Shown here: in pieces, positions 28,801 through 40,600 of the stretch
How the letters are laid out: each line of letters opens with the position of its first letter
How positions within the stretch are numbered: the first letter of the stretch is position 1
Assembly: GCF_964204645.1 (NCBI RefSeq)
Contig: NC_134026.1
Coordinates: 7,277,950 to 7,341,949 of the forward strand
Source: Tubulanus polymorphus
Lineage: Eukaryota > Animalia > Nemertea
Direction of reading: 5' to 3'
DNA: 64,000 nucleotides
Position numbers and translations under genes: made by a program
Notes under the pieces: model-generated
Seen by the model: only the letters and a program-made list of their open reading frames with translations
Database searches by the model: none
Told to the model about the DNA's origin: nothing

Positions 28801-31714
28801 TCGGTTGAATTGTTACATATCTAGACTATCAATTTGCATTAAGTTATCGAATATAATACGTAGCTACATTTGATGACTAGGATTCATTCCAATAAATCTT
28901 TTCCGACTTTTCTCAAGTAAAACCGAGTTCGTTGGGCCCAGTTCCACGGTACTAAGAATTTTACTCTGTTACTAACGACTATGAAACTGGGACCACGGTT
29001 GTCCATTCAACTTTACATTTTATTCACAATGAATTGAAATGCCATGAGTTGGAAGTTAAAAATCATGCCCCAGGTATTCGAATGAAAACCTTGTCATCAA
29101 TATAGAGTCATTTCAGGGGTGAAATAGTGATATATATATATATATATATTTCATTAAAGAAGCACACAACACTCTGTATCTATACAGTTAGCAATACGCA
29201 GTGAAATTTAACTAAATTAATCAAAGCAGATTTTGATGATGATATCATTTCTTCCGGGAAGTGATGCGGAATACTTACGTTCAGTATCTTCAAAAAATGT
29301 GAAAAAATTAATGAAATAAATATACAAACAATAAGATTGAGAATATACATAGAGCATACCTCTTCTATCCCGATTAAGATGATTATAATCTGGTATTATA
29401 AATCATTATTTAAAAAAAAAAGACATTTAAAGCAAATTATAGATTAAATCATTTATTAAAAGCCATGCAATCAATCATTTAGGCCCCAATAGCCGCAATA
29501 GATTAAACTCCTTCCCTTAATCATCAGGGTCCAGTTCCACAGTTCTGAGTTAAGATTTGACTCTGGGTTAAAACATTGAAAATGAACTAACTTTAACTCA
29601 GAGTTAACTCTAACTCACAACTGTGGAACTGGGACCTGCCAGTTATATAGTGGATGGTGTAATTTGACTTCATTTTCAATTTAGTCCGACTCTTCAGTCA
29701 ATTCTGAACTCGCAACAGTGGAACTGGATCCTGAATTAATTATCAAGGTTTTGGGACGCAGAAAATCAAGTTTTTTATATATTCATATTGTGTATCATTG
29801 AAAGCTGGTGGTTGGTTTTATTTCTCCTACCAGTTAGAATACCCGGACCAACACTTGAAATATAACCAGTTGGTTGAGATGATTTTAGGAAATCTAATCC
29901 TATTTCAACTAAAATAAAAACTTCTACAGTCAAGACGAGGTATATTTCATGGATACTAAAAGACAAAGTTCATTTCAATGCAGACAGTATAAACATCGGG
30001 GGCTGAAGAGCTTTAAAAATCTGCTAAACTGAATAAGAAGCACGTGATTCTATAAACTAATTCAATTAAGAAACTACTGATTGATAGTCGTTCACATTTT
30101 CTCTAGTCAAACTAATGGTCCCAGCATTGTAAAAAGTTGGTTTAAGAGCCAAACCAGTGGATAACTGATATATACAGGACCCAGTTCCACAGATTAGAGC
30201 ATGGTGGTATAAACTAGTTTATACACTCATGGTTGGAAAAAACATTAGTCGACAAAATGGGTCACATTTTAATTCAGACCTGTGGAACTGGGTCCGGCTG
30301 ATGGCCAACTTTAAACTTTTGGGCAACTGGTCCCCGGTGCAATTTCTAATAATTTTCTTGCTATACATTTCTGTCTCGTTTTTTTGATAAGCATTAATAA
30401 CCCAAACCCGTATACTACAACACAAACTCCTCCTCCACCAATTCGTTACTAAATGAAATTAGCCCTGAACTATGTACAGATGTTGGACTAAGTTTTTCTA
30501 ATGCTAATTGAAGAAAAACAGACATATCAAAGCATTAAAATAAAACTAAAAGCATCAGACCTGTATTAAATGCACCCACAACACGCTAGGCCTATCACTT
30601 TTATATCAGGGATATTTCCTTTCATTTCACGTGAAAGCAAATTTCAATTATGAATAAATCATTTTACCTTTTCGTTTGATGATACGTTTATTAGTCGCAT
30701 ACTCCATCCAACGCGAAGCGCCTTGTTTAACATTGCTGATCAAATTCAACGCATTTCTAGTTGGAAAATCGATCAAATTCAGTTTCCTGGAAAGCAAACA
30801 ACTTAGAATCAGAACATCGAAAAAACCTGGGGCCGGTTGCTCAAAAGTTGGTTAAGAGTAACCAGTGGATAGTTGATGGTGACAATTGAAATTTCATTGT
30901 TACTATGGTATTTAACGGCCGGTTATCTTTAACCAACTTTTTAGCAACTGGCCCCTGGTTCCATTTTTTATTTGATGCACAAGCTTTCACTACTAATGTA
31001 GAAACCTGATGAAGCTGCTATACATCAGTAGCGAATAGAATAGTAAACCTATATAATACTACTTGTCTCGTCGTATTTATTCTACACCCATTTAATGTAC
31101 GGTTCCTCTACAAGGTTTAAACGGGTTAAGTTTGAATTCTCGTCCTCATTCAAATCCTGTAGTGACCATTAAGCAAATGAGCTGCAAATTTGAGACTATC
31201 TTTTATTGTGAAATTGCAGTATTAGAATCGATATCAAGATCTATCCAACCAGAGAAAAACAACTCAGGGTCCAGTTTCACGAAAAAGTTTAAGCCTAAAA
31301 CGGTTAAGTTTGAATTGTTGTCCTCATTGAAAACATGAAGTAACCAATGGCAATTACACCAAAAATTTGAGTTTAACTTTTTCGTGAAACCGGCCCAGGT
31401 AACGATCTAAGTCAGTAACCAGTCTGGAATACGTGGTTTCCATGCGATTATAGAAGTGCAAACCGCCAATAATGAAGTCACTGATAAATTTGAACCAGGA
31501 CTGATTCTAACGCGGGTTAATAGTTAAAACCAGCCACACAGATTGCAAATGGAACTTACTTTTTATTATTGATTTTATCATCTGTATCTCCGCTGGCTGC
31601 TGGGATTTCTTTGACGTAAGCCGGGTTTTCATAGTGTAACGATTCATCCGTCGACATCGGTCCAACCCGATGTCTTTTATGTGACTTCTTCGGATGATCG
31701 GAAGAATGATTCAT
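16873..31714 (-). CDS. Ankyrin-repeat TRP cation channel (TRPV-like/TRPVL candidate), 24 coding exons, about 988 aa
   Basis: Phase-consistent GT-AG exons: 31714-31560, 30786-30668, 29389-29360, 29287-29279, 28466-28207, 27625-27475, 27004-26840, 26700-26591, 26280-26190, 26056-26016, 25158-25067, 24574-24442, 24256-24179, 23823-23684, 22977-22802, 22485-22402, 22312-22152, 21797-21682, 21485-21281, 19326-19255, 18852-18663, 17890-17675, 17515-17370, 16899-16873. Ankyrin repeats (DKYGQTIFHE, DTYDRTPLHVAA, GENQTPVHFAA, DYKNRTPVHVAA), LHPVFVRLLERKWNQFG, S3 FWNIFDW, S4-S5 WLRLMKNARAFSSLGPFIV, pore FRLTLVDEY, S6 LNLFIALMSDTFQRV, and a C-terminal coiled coil. AATAAA on the minus strand at about 16140; probable non-coding exon with its donor at about 32549. 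Confidence 0.88.
16933..17225. repeat. 20-bp tandem array derived from a MITE terminal inverted repeat
   Basis: About 14 copies of CCCAGTTCCACAGTTCAGGA, matching the TIR of the MITE at 29528-29635, running into a MITE body (17225-17335). Confidence 0.85.
20079..20551. mobile_element. Non-autonomous DNA element with CAGGGG..TCTAG TIRs
   Basis: CAGGGGCAAGTCTAGG ... CCTAGATCAACCCCTG imperfect TIRs. A matching right end TCTAGATCCGCCCCTG occurs at 63-78. No TSD resolved. Confidence 0.5.
20622..20762 (-). CDS. Putative alternative terminal exon of the TRP channel
   Basis: tag acceptor in phase 0. Encodes VDMDDLKEMLLPF...LIILLI* and is similar to the downstream exon 19326-19255 (DDMDEVMEIL). Confidence 0.45.
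   Translation of the reverse strand, partial: VDMDDLKEMLLPFCNLIRKKPQPARYNMVLINSINDTNQSLIILLI
25797..25972. repeat. ~30-bp degenerate minisatellite (GAGCTCCACTCAGGGCACCCTCAA)
   Basis: 5-6 imperfect copies; a single related copy at about 21603-21625. Confidence 0.7.
27765..28190. repeat. Minisatellite with GATGTCATAGGGGGATAGATGGAGTAATGAG unit
   Basis: About 11 GATGTCATAGG cores. The same motif occurs as an inverted pair at about 19710-19860, suggesting a MITE origin. Confidence 0.8.
29528..29635. mobile_element. Harbinger/PIF-like MITE (most abundant family in the window)
   Basis: TIR GGTCCAGTTCCACAGTTCTGAGTTA / TAACTCACAACTGTGGAACTGGGAC flanked by CAG/CTG. Many degenerate copies, e.g. 11580-11790, 18300-18460, 23470-23580, 26730-26810, 41310-41470. 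Confidence 0.75.
30830..30954. mobile_element. Harbinger/PIF-like MITE, family 2
   Basis: TIR GGGCCGGTTGCTCAAAAGTTGGTTAA / TTAACCAACTTTTTAGCAACTGGCCC with a CTG 3-bp TSD on both sides. Relatives at about 5495, 30118 and 41942-42070. Confidence 0.8.
30981..31048. ncRNA. Degenerate back-to-back hammerhead ribozyme motifs (GCTACT subfamily)
   Basis: Plus strand: CTGATGA-A-GCTGCT-atacatc-AGTAGC-GAAT (31006-31036). A minus-strand remnant TAGTAGTGAAAGCTT lies at about 30981-30995. Confidence 0.5.
31268..31395. mobile_element. Harbinger/PIF-like MITE, family 3
   Basis: TIR GGTCCAGTTTCACGAAAAAGTT / AACTTTTTCGTGAAACCGGCC with a CAG TSD on both sides. Second copy at about 51712-51833. Confidence 0.8.
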
Positions 31715-31832
31715 TTTCCTGCAACAAAAACGAATTACTGAAAACGTAATAATTTTGTGATGTTCATCTTTCAGCATGCTTTACAAACCCAGCACATAAC
31801 AGCCATGGTACGGGGTCTATAAACCTCCCCAA

Positions 31833-31925
31833 TCCAGGCTGTCGGTCACCTCTCCAAACACTAACCAGGCTCAATGTTGCTTAACCATAGGGATCGTGTG
31901 AGAACTCTCAGTGTTTACATGGTAA
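31833..31925 (-). pseudogene. Degenerate 5S rRNA-derived sequence (pseudogene or SINE3 head)
   Basis: Plus strand CGGTCACCTCTCCAAACACTAACCAGGCTCAATGTTGCTTAACCATAGGGATCGTGTGAGAAC matches the reverse complement of eukaryotic 5S (GGTCACCCATCCAAGTACTAACCGGGCCCGACGCTGCTTAACTTCGGTGATCGGACGAGAAC) with many substitutions. Confidence 0.7.
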
Positions 31926-33049
31926 AGACAAATTGAGTGGATATGGAAAACAACGGAATGATGATTTTGAAGTACGCCGCAGTCTCATCACAGGTGAGCA
32001 AAAGCTCTCAGCATCATTGATTAGAAATTCATCCATCCAATATTTCTGAACATCACTTTGCCTTTATTCATTTATTCCAGGTGCGTTGTTGGAAGCAATT
32101 TTTGATTGCTGCGGCCAAATGCCGATTTTGGACAGGTTCTAAATATTGCAGCGAATTTACTTAATTTCTTCAAAAATGTGGTATTCATAGAAAAAAAATG
32201 TCAATCAGCAAATTATTGCCGCGGATTTCGCCGCTGCATTTCCAACGCCACTGTATTCACGTACGTGTCCCTTTTTCCAATAGGTCCATCACAAGGACCG
32301 CAATTCTCTTCACGTAGAAGGAATATCATTAAGACAAGTGGTGTGGATCTGGGACTGGGGAGGGTAAACTCCGACTCATCTGAGTCTGAGACTGTCTGAG
32401 TACTGTACCTGTACTGCTGTACTACTGTTGTTGTCTGTTGTGCCTCTCTCAGTCTCATCATCTCAGTCTCTATACATATTCATCATTTGACATCAAAATG
32501 AAATACAATTTACTCTATTAAACTATCAAAATATATCAATATAAATCACCTCAGTTCTGTGGATCAGTTTCGATGAAAGTATCCAATAATTTCATGTATA
32601 TTTAGCCGATTTTAGTCGATATTTCAATCCTATCTCGTCTATGTGACCGCCATATTGTTAGACTATTGATATGGAAACGGCTGTTAGGTGGCGGTAATGG
32701 ATGGTATGTGCTGTTCGTGCGGGTTCCTACCCGTCCAGACGCGCCCGTTTTGACCACTTCTTCGTAATTAAATATCTAATTAACAAATCTATCTAGGCCT
32801 ATTAGTATCCACTTTGAGTTTCATCAAGAACCTTAGTGTATGATCTAACACAGGATCAGAGGGACAGATCACACAGTGGAGACCGGTCGAGAGCCCGGCC
32901 GGTTGGTTCCGGGCCTCAATAACTACTTTTAACTGATCTCGATGTAGAGCAATGATTGGAGAATTAAACACCGAGATTGCGCTCCAAACTCCATCTCCCC
33001 GGCTGAAGATTTTTCTTCTAGCTCGTTTAGCTCTGGGTAGCACCCAAGT

Positions 33050-33624
33050 TGTAAGATAAAGAAAAAAGGACTATAGTGTGTATTGCGATATCGCATCCAG
33101 GTCTAGATGTGTAGATAGTTGTGAATAATTTTATGAAACGAATGTACCGGTAATGATGAATGATATCTATAAATGAAAAGATATTGATTTTCTTGCTATT
33201 CCAAATCTTTAAAACCTCTCCACAGGGCGGCCCCCTCGTGGACTTAAGCGGGTTGTCGTAGTTTTAAATTCAAAAAGCTATCTCTTTTACTATGCCATGG
33301 TACGGTACCATCTAATCGTGTCTACCAAATGAATGTACCACCAGACTGGACACAGGCGGAGGGGCTACTCGGCCGCTGCTCGCTGTGTCTCACGCTGTCG
33401 CGTCCAAGTATAGTGCGTTTCGCGGCGAACCCGCTTTCCGCTAGTATCCCCTGCGAATAATTTCATTGTCAGGGACCCCGATGACCGATAGCCGAAACCT
33501 GCAAGATGGACCCGGTGCACCATGGTAAACGAGTAATAGGGTCAAACATGAGCATTTAATCGTATGAGAGCGAACCGGCAGAAAGATCCAAACCGAGTGG
33601 AGAATGACGGGAACGGACATTACA
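33050..33624 (-). mobile_element. Putative LTR of a Gypsy-type retrotransposon with adjacent PBS-like sequence
   Basis: The minus strand begins TGTAATGTCC and ends ATCTTACA (TGTAA/TTACA inverted termini), has a GC-rich core and AGTAAA, and is followed by TGGGTGCTACCCAGAG, which loosely resembles a tRNA-Pro PBS (TGGGGGCTCGTCCGGG). No TSD or gag-pol is seen. Confidence 0.45.
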
Positions 33625-34604
33625 GGTCCTGGTCGATTCGAACTTCAACTGCACCACATTGGGCCATAATGGCAAAAAATAATCAAAGTCAATTGATATT
33701 CAAACATTCATAGAATTTATTCAACTTCATAATAAAAACACAAGTGTTTCCAGTGAACAAATAAAAATACAGCGTACGTACAACATGTGATAAACATTTT
33801 ACACATCGCAATAAAATCAAAATCGATGAAACTTTAAAAAACAAACCGTGTATAGTTGCAGGTGCGCGCACGTGTGGTGACAGGTGCGCGTATGCTCCAT
33901 ATCACTGAACATCATTAAACAATTAATAATCCGTGATGCTGCGACTGACACAGTTTGAAGCCCTGCCGGGAGAGGGGGTTCCTTTCCCGGATTTATCACA
34001 TAATCACCCATTATCCGTATTCATGGTCGAGGTAGAATTAAATCTGAGGATTTCATTTTCGAAATTCGCAGCAGAACGTGTGTTCACCAAACCTTCACGA
34101 GTTTGAGAAAAAGGTGAAAAGGCACAACAATTATTTCAGCTAAAAAAATCCCTGTGTGCGTCACAGTGTGCGGCGTCGCGGTGTGCGTCACTGTATATCT
34201 CAGTGTGGGTTATTTAATATGTATATGTATATATATAAGAATAAAAAGATGATTCAAACTAAAATGGTGACAAGCAGCTTAAGAATATGATGGCGATTGA
34301 GATAGCTATTAAAAGCCAGTAAATGTGTAATGTAACAGGACTCAAGATACGTAGAGTTCAGGCGTCACCCAGTAATTTGTGTTCATCAGCATGAAGCTTA
34401 GAGTTAACTCACACCATATCTATAACGGCTGACAGTATTACAATTTCAATTCTGTTTATGATGAGAGTGGACCAAGTTGTTCAAAGGTTGGTTAGAGCGT
34501 TTAGATTAGAGTCCATGGTTATTAGAATTATACATGTCATTTAGACCACGCTAGGCTATTTCACTATAGTCGTGAAGCCGTTCCCGGTGTTCATTTTTTC
34601 AAGA

Positions 34605-37600
34605 CTATTTATCATCATTTTTCTGTCGGGCAGGTGCTTGCTGCTGCTGCGGTCCAGTGTATTTCCTCGAGTACATCGTTATTTTAGTTTCGCCCACGTT
34701 GTGCTTCCTTCTAATCGAATCTAACGTTTGAGCTTGTTTATAATACTGTAGGAAATTCACTGTAATCACGGGCACGGCGAGAGCGCTCAGGAGCACCCCG
34801 GTTATGGCGCAGATACCGCCTACTATATGCCCTAACGTGCCGGTCGGTACGATATCCCCGTAACCAATTTTCGTCATGGTAGTTACCGCCCACCACATTC
34901 CGGTCGGGATATCTTTGAAACTATCTTCGCCTATTTCCGTCATGAATATCAAAGCTCCGTAGATCAAACAGAAAGTACCCAGCACCAAACACAACAGAAG
35001 AAGCTCGCCGGCGCTTTTCTTCAAAGTTAATATCAACACTTTCAGACCGCGGTATTGTTTAACGAGTTTGAATATTCTGAATATGCGCAATACTTGCAGC
35101 AGTCTGACGACCACCATCGAACTGTAGATACCGATGTGGGAGTAGTTCTCGCCGAAGCGACCTCTGAAGTGAAATATAATCACCGACACCCAATACGCCG
35201 ATATTATGCACAGATCAATCAGATTCATCCACGACGCGAAGAAAAGCCGAATTTTCGGCGACATAATGAGGCGAAATAGGTACTCGAGAAAGAATATACC
35301 CATCAGCACGTACTCGGTGGCTAATAGCGAAAAATGTGGTTCGGTTTGGCCGAGGAAGATTTGTTGGGCGTGGTTCGTACCGTTTTTGAAAGTGACGAAC
35401 GACGGCGGAACGACAGGTCTCCGCATCGACGGAATCGTCTCCATAAATATCAGAATTATTGATAGTATCGTGAGCAAGGCGAACGTCACGGCCCATACCT
35501 ACAAATAGACAGAATATTATATAATAATAATTTTTTTTTCATTTAACTTACATTTCCATGGTGACAGTAAAGAATAAATGAAATAAAGTTAGATTAAAGA
35601 TCCATAGAAGCAAAAACAGTACAAATCTCATTTTCTAATGAGTAATATATATTTATTAAGCGAACGTTTTCGGGAGGTACATTATACTGGTATTCATTGA
35701 CAGTGCCAAGACAATTACAATACAAAGATAATTAATTACACACAATCTAAATTACTGAGTGAAGATATTTGACTAGTAGTTATTTATCTAAAAACATTGA
35801 GGATGAATCCTGACCCGTGTTCGAATAGTTGTTGATTAAGGGAGGGCTTCTATGGATCTTGAATTATCTAGACTCTCTACCTAAGATCTAAAGTTAAATT
35901 AAGGTTACAGTGAGAGCCTTCGGGGCTGTACAGGTCGCTGCACCTTAGAGAATATTAGAGAAATATAGGCACAGAACATGTGTTGAAATTAAAGACGACT
36001 AAAAGTGTGTAGCTGGATATGGATTCTAATATTCATCTAGCCGTTGTTCAAACATACATCGGCTGGTTTTCAAACTACAGGATGATCGATTAGATATTGG
36101 TCACAATATGGTATTGTCTCAGAATTAATGTTTGTACATATGAAACAATCAGTAAAATATGTCACGGTCCAAGCCTACAAATAGAGGACATGATAGGGCA
36201 ATTTTGGATATCCTTGAATCCATGTTTGCATTTTCATTACATTTCTCTTTTTTCTTCATTCCCTTTTCTCTTTTGAGGGACCTGTTATATATAAACTATA
36301 TCTTAGTTTTCTCTTAGTTTCCAGAACCCTCCAAGTCTAATATACTGTATTTTGTATTATGCCTTTGTACTCTATGCTGTAGATTATATTTGAAAATAAA
36401 GCGTTCCATTCATTCGTTCAAAAGTTACATTTGTCGGGTAGGCTCAAAAGATGTTAAACCCATCGTTTGGTTCTTATGAAAAGAAGAAGCTTCCCCATCG
36501 GTATCTTGCGCATAGAGGCAAACCATGCTCGCCCAGAAGAATTACAATGATCCGAAGATAAAAAGTATTTCACATGTAGAATACATGTATCAAAAACTGC
36601 AGACTAAACAGAGTCATACAGACTGCATATAACTAGACAGTCCGCAGGCTGCTTAAGGAAATATTAGTTTATTCAGGTTTTTTGGTAAACATTTGATATC
36701 AAAAATTAAATTCGTTACAACATTTGCGTTGAAGCACAGACGCCTGTTTTATAGACCAGTTTTAACATCAATCAGTTGAGATGATTCCAAGGTTTAAGTT
36801 TAAACTATTTTATCAATTGAGCCCGGATGTTGATTAAGCTTGAGCCAGTACCACTATAGGGTCACAGTTCGGACTGGATTCCAATCTATGAAACGAAGCC
36901 CTGTATTCAATCGCAGATTATTTGAGATGACAGACCGCGCACCTGTTCTGTTAAGCTGTTAAGAGCTGCATCGAGCACAGGAAAACTTCACAGAATACTC
37001 AGATCATGTGTACGCAGCATATAGATTCAGCTTCAAGAATTATAGATTTTCAGACATTGATATTCATTGAATTTGATCGCACTTCATCTCAACAGTGAGA
37101 GGTGATGAATACATGAAACATGAAACTATATACTCAAACAACGGGAAAACGTATATCTGTATGTGAGGTGACGTCGGTACAATATGGATTAACAGTTTAG
37201 AATTGTATGAATTCCGACTATTGATACCCTACATGCATGCAGGCAGAAAGCTTTAAATCCATCGGAATTATAACTTTTCATTTTACAAAACTATAAGAAG
37301 ATTACATTCTAAGAGATAGTATAGTCCTATACTACAGGATTAAGAATAATTAGAAATTTTTCTGGTCTGATTGAAAACTCGGTTATTCTTAAGTGTCGAA
37401 GTTTGACATGGGAACCGGGGCCAAACCAGTGGAATTGTGAGTGGAACTGGGTCCAATTCCAAATGTGGAACTTGACACACTCCCCAACTGTGGAACTGGA
37501 TCCGAGCCCACCAGGAACTGAGTGGGAGTCCGACTCCAAAATGTGGAACTGGTGCAAAACCTTCAAATGTGGATACACGAGTGAGTACTGGATGGTGCTT

Positions 37601-40600
37601 TTTAATCCAACGCAATAAACAAAGGGTTAAACAATGACGTCACTAATGGGGCTGAGTACGCGTAACGGTATAATTTGTAATCAGGAGTTAAGTGACAGAT
37701 CTGAGGAGAGACTGAGAGATCACGATCCTTCTGCTAGACCTAGACCTATTCATCTCACATCAAACACACATACACAAACACAGACACTGTGAGAGCTCGC
37801 GTTGTTTTATTCATGATTTCTACACAAATAGAGCCGTCGCACAGTGTCGCAGTGGCAGCTAGGCCCCAGACCAGTTGCACAGTAACGTCTTAGATTGAAG
37901 ATCGGCGTAAAAATCGCATGCGAAAATATCAAATGTTGTGATGAAGCGATGATGCGATGAAATCGGTTCCGGATGCCACCGCATACCTTTATGGTGATGC
38001 GATAAAACCGTGCGATGAAGCGATCATACGATCAATCGCAAAGGTGTGCGCCGGGCCAACGCAATATTTATTGCCTTGACTGGCTGCACAGCTATAGGCT
38101 TCTGAAAAGGCCCCTAGATGATAAAACCTTGGAGTATAATGATTTGTCCAAGGATTACTGCAAGAAAAAACACACTGATTCCTCTGCCGCTGTGTGATCA
38201 CAGGTGGTAGCATTCGTCATCAAAATACACGTACAACAATAAACTGTTTAATAAATAATGCGACGAGTGAAATATACTGAATCTATGCGTTCAGTCTGTC
38301 ATCTGTTCCCAGCACAATCGACAGTATAGTACACCCATTTACATCAGCACAAACGAGCGGCGACGATTCCTTCGCAAAATTACAAAACATAAATCAACAT
38401 GGTTTTTTTATTACTCAATCGGCTGTTACTATATAGAATACAGCGCTTCATCGATATAATATTCACACACGCAACATTAGATTGAATCTTATCAATACTG
38501 GATGAAGACCTGTCTAGATTTCCAATTATGTATATCGATTAGAAAAAAAGCAACAGTTTCTATATTCGACCATCATCCAACTACATATCTGTATTTCGTT
38601 TCAAAGTCAAACCCCTGTTTCGTTCCAGGCATGTGTGACTGATGGATGGCTGAATTGAATAGATAAATGAACATTTCCTATTTCAAGATCTAAGCTCATA
38701 TTTCAAGATCTAAGCTCATTTTGGTTTTATTGCCAATCTAAGAACTTCAGTCTAAACTCATTTTGGTCCTAACCAATCTAACAACTTGATACCAGTCTAA
38801 GCTCATTTTGGTTCTATAGTCAATCCAGTCAAAGCTCATTTTGGTTCTACAGTCAATCGAACAAATTAAGACCACAATCTATGCTCAATTTAGCTCTAAA
38901 GCCAATCTAACAACTTAAGATCAGTCTATTAAGTTTTAAGACCACTTTTGAACTTAGGCCTCATGGTCGCCAACCAACAGTACACATCAAATCTAGAACT
39001 GTGGAACTGAGGGTCATAAGATTAAACCTGGTGTTAGTTCCTGACCGTTGTTATCTGTGGTAACCCTGGTCAGATAAAACCATATTTATTACATCTTAAC
39101 CTAATGCATTACCGGACATTATTAGAGATTATACGCGATGATGAGTCTTGGAGAGTAGTGCAGTTATAGTTTCCCAGGTGTTCAATATCAGTCGCCGCAG
39201 TTATTTCCTCTAATGGTTAATTTATGAAGACGTTTTTCCACGCTGAATATCGTGGCGTATATCACGTGGATAACGCGTTGTGATATGAGATCGGAGCTGG
39301 CGAGAAGTGAGGAGGAGGTCGATGAATAACCCGTCAACAGAGCCACAAAACACACCATAAATCACGACTTTCAACGAAACTCGTAGACTATCACGATGAC
39401 CATGAATTATAAACTAACTCAGATCAGAGAGTCGTGATTAGAATTAATAGCTATAAACAGGGTCAGTCTGACGAGGGTTTTATGGGTAATAGATGGACTG
39501 GACCAAGCGCTTTATTCATCGTGGAAATATCTAAAAAATGTCAATGCACAAAATATATCATGCAATTAGACCATGGCATGCGAGTATATGGACTATTAAT
39601 AGCAGCGTGGTAAGTGGTAACCAGCTGTGGTCAGTCAGTAATTGTTGTTGGTTGTCATGGTCAAATGGTTCATTGTTTCGGTATCCATGGTTTTAATGGT
39701 AGCATATGGGGCTGATTCGATAGAAACAATTTTTTGCCTACGCAAGGGACAGAAATGATTTGGTGCCTGATTCTACTGGGATCCCCTCAAAATATAAGCT
39801 AATCGGGTCGTTATTGGCCGACTGATTGCTTCCTGTTTCAGTAATGGCCGAAGCAATTAGAGCTAGTGAGTGTCAGAGTGGCGCGTGTCCGGTGTGTGGA
39901 GCGGCCGAAGAATAAACGTTAGATTCAAAACCCGATGTTTTATCATCGGTCAATGTCAGATGGACATTACGGTGGCCATTATATCATTCTAACAGAATCC
40001 GCAGCGGTGCTACCGCAGCAATCCGTCCACACAGACAGAGAAATAAAATACACATAAACCGTCGAGAGGACAGTACACAGACTACTGATATAAAAAATAC
40101 CGATTTTATCGGTTGCAATTTACGCGTAAAATGTTCGTGGATAACCATTGATGAAACACTCCGAGTTTAAGCGATAAGACAGTAAAATCCCACAACAGAA
40201 AAAAATGAATCCGAAAAGATTTCCTAGAGCTACGTAGTAGAGTTTATTAGGTGATTCGACTAGTCACCATCAGGACTATTAGTGTTGTAAAGTCTGAAAT
40301 GTATTCCTCAAGCTAGCAGGTTATTTATTATATAATCGTTTCGACTATATCCTGATAGAAATCTTTAGGAATATCAGTGTTTTATAAATGAATTATTTCC
40401 TTGAGCTAGTATAATTTAGACTTTTCGACTATAATCCTAATATAGTCATCTTCAGGAACACTGGCGCTTCAGGAACATATAGCGCAAGAAAACCTTTTGC
40501 TTCAAAGCTGCTGTCCTTCATATGTACTAATATAGGCCTGTACACTAGAGATTTATACTAATTAGTATTTAGTTATTTTAAAGCTTGTATTAATTCAGAA

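Noticed and set aside
33230-33660. GC-rich hairpin-forming segment considered as telomerase RNA, 7SK or RNase P/MRP
   Set aside because: No CTAACCCT template, no 7SK GATC stems, and no RNase P/MRP conserved regions found; better explained as an LTR.
39600-39975. Possible solo LTR (TATAAG, AATAAA, GGACATTAC end)
   Set aside because: No clear TG...CA termini or TSD could be defined.
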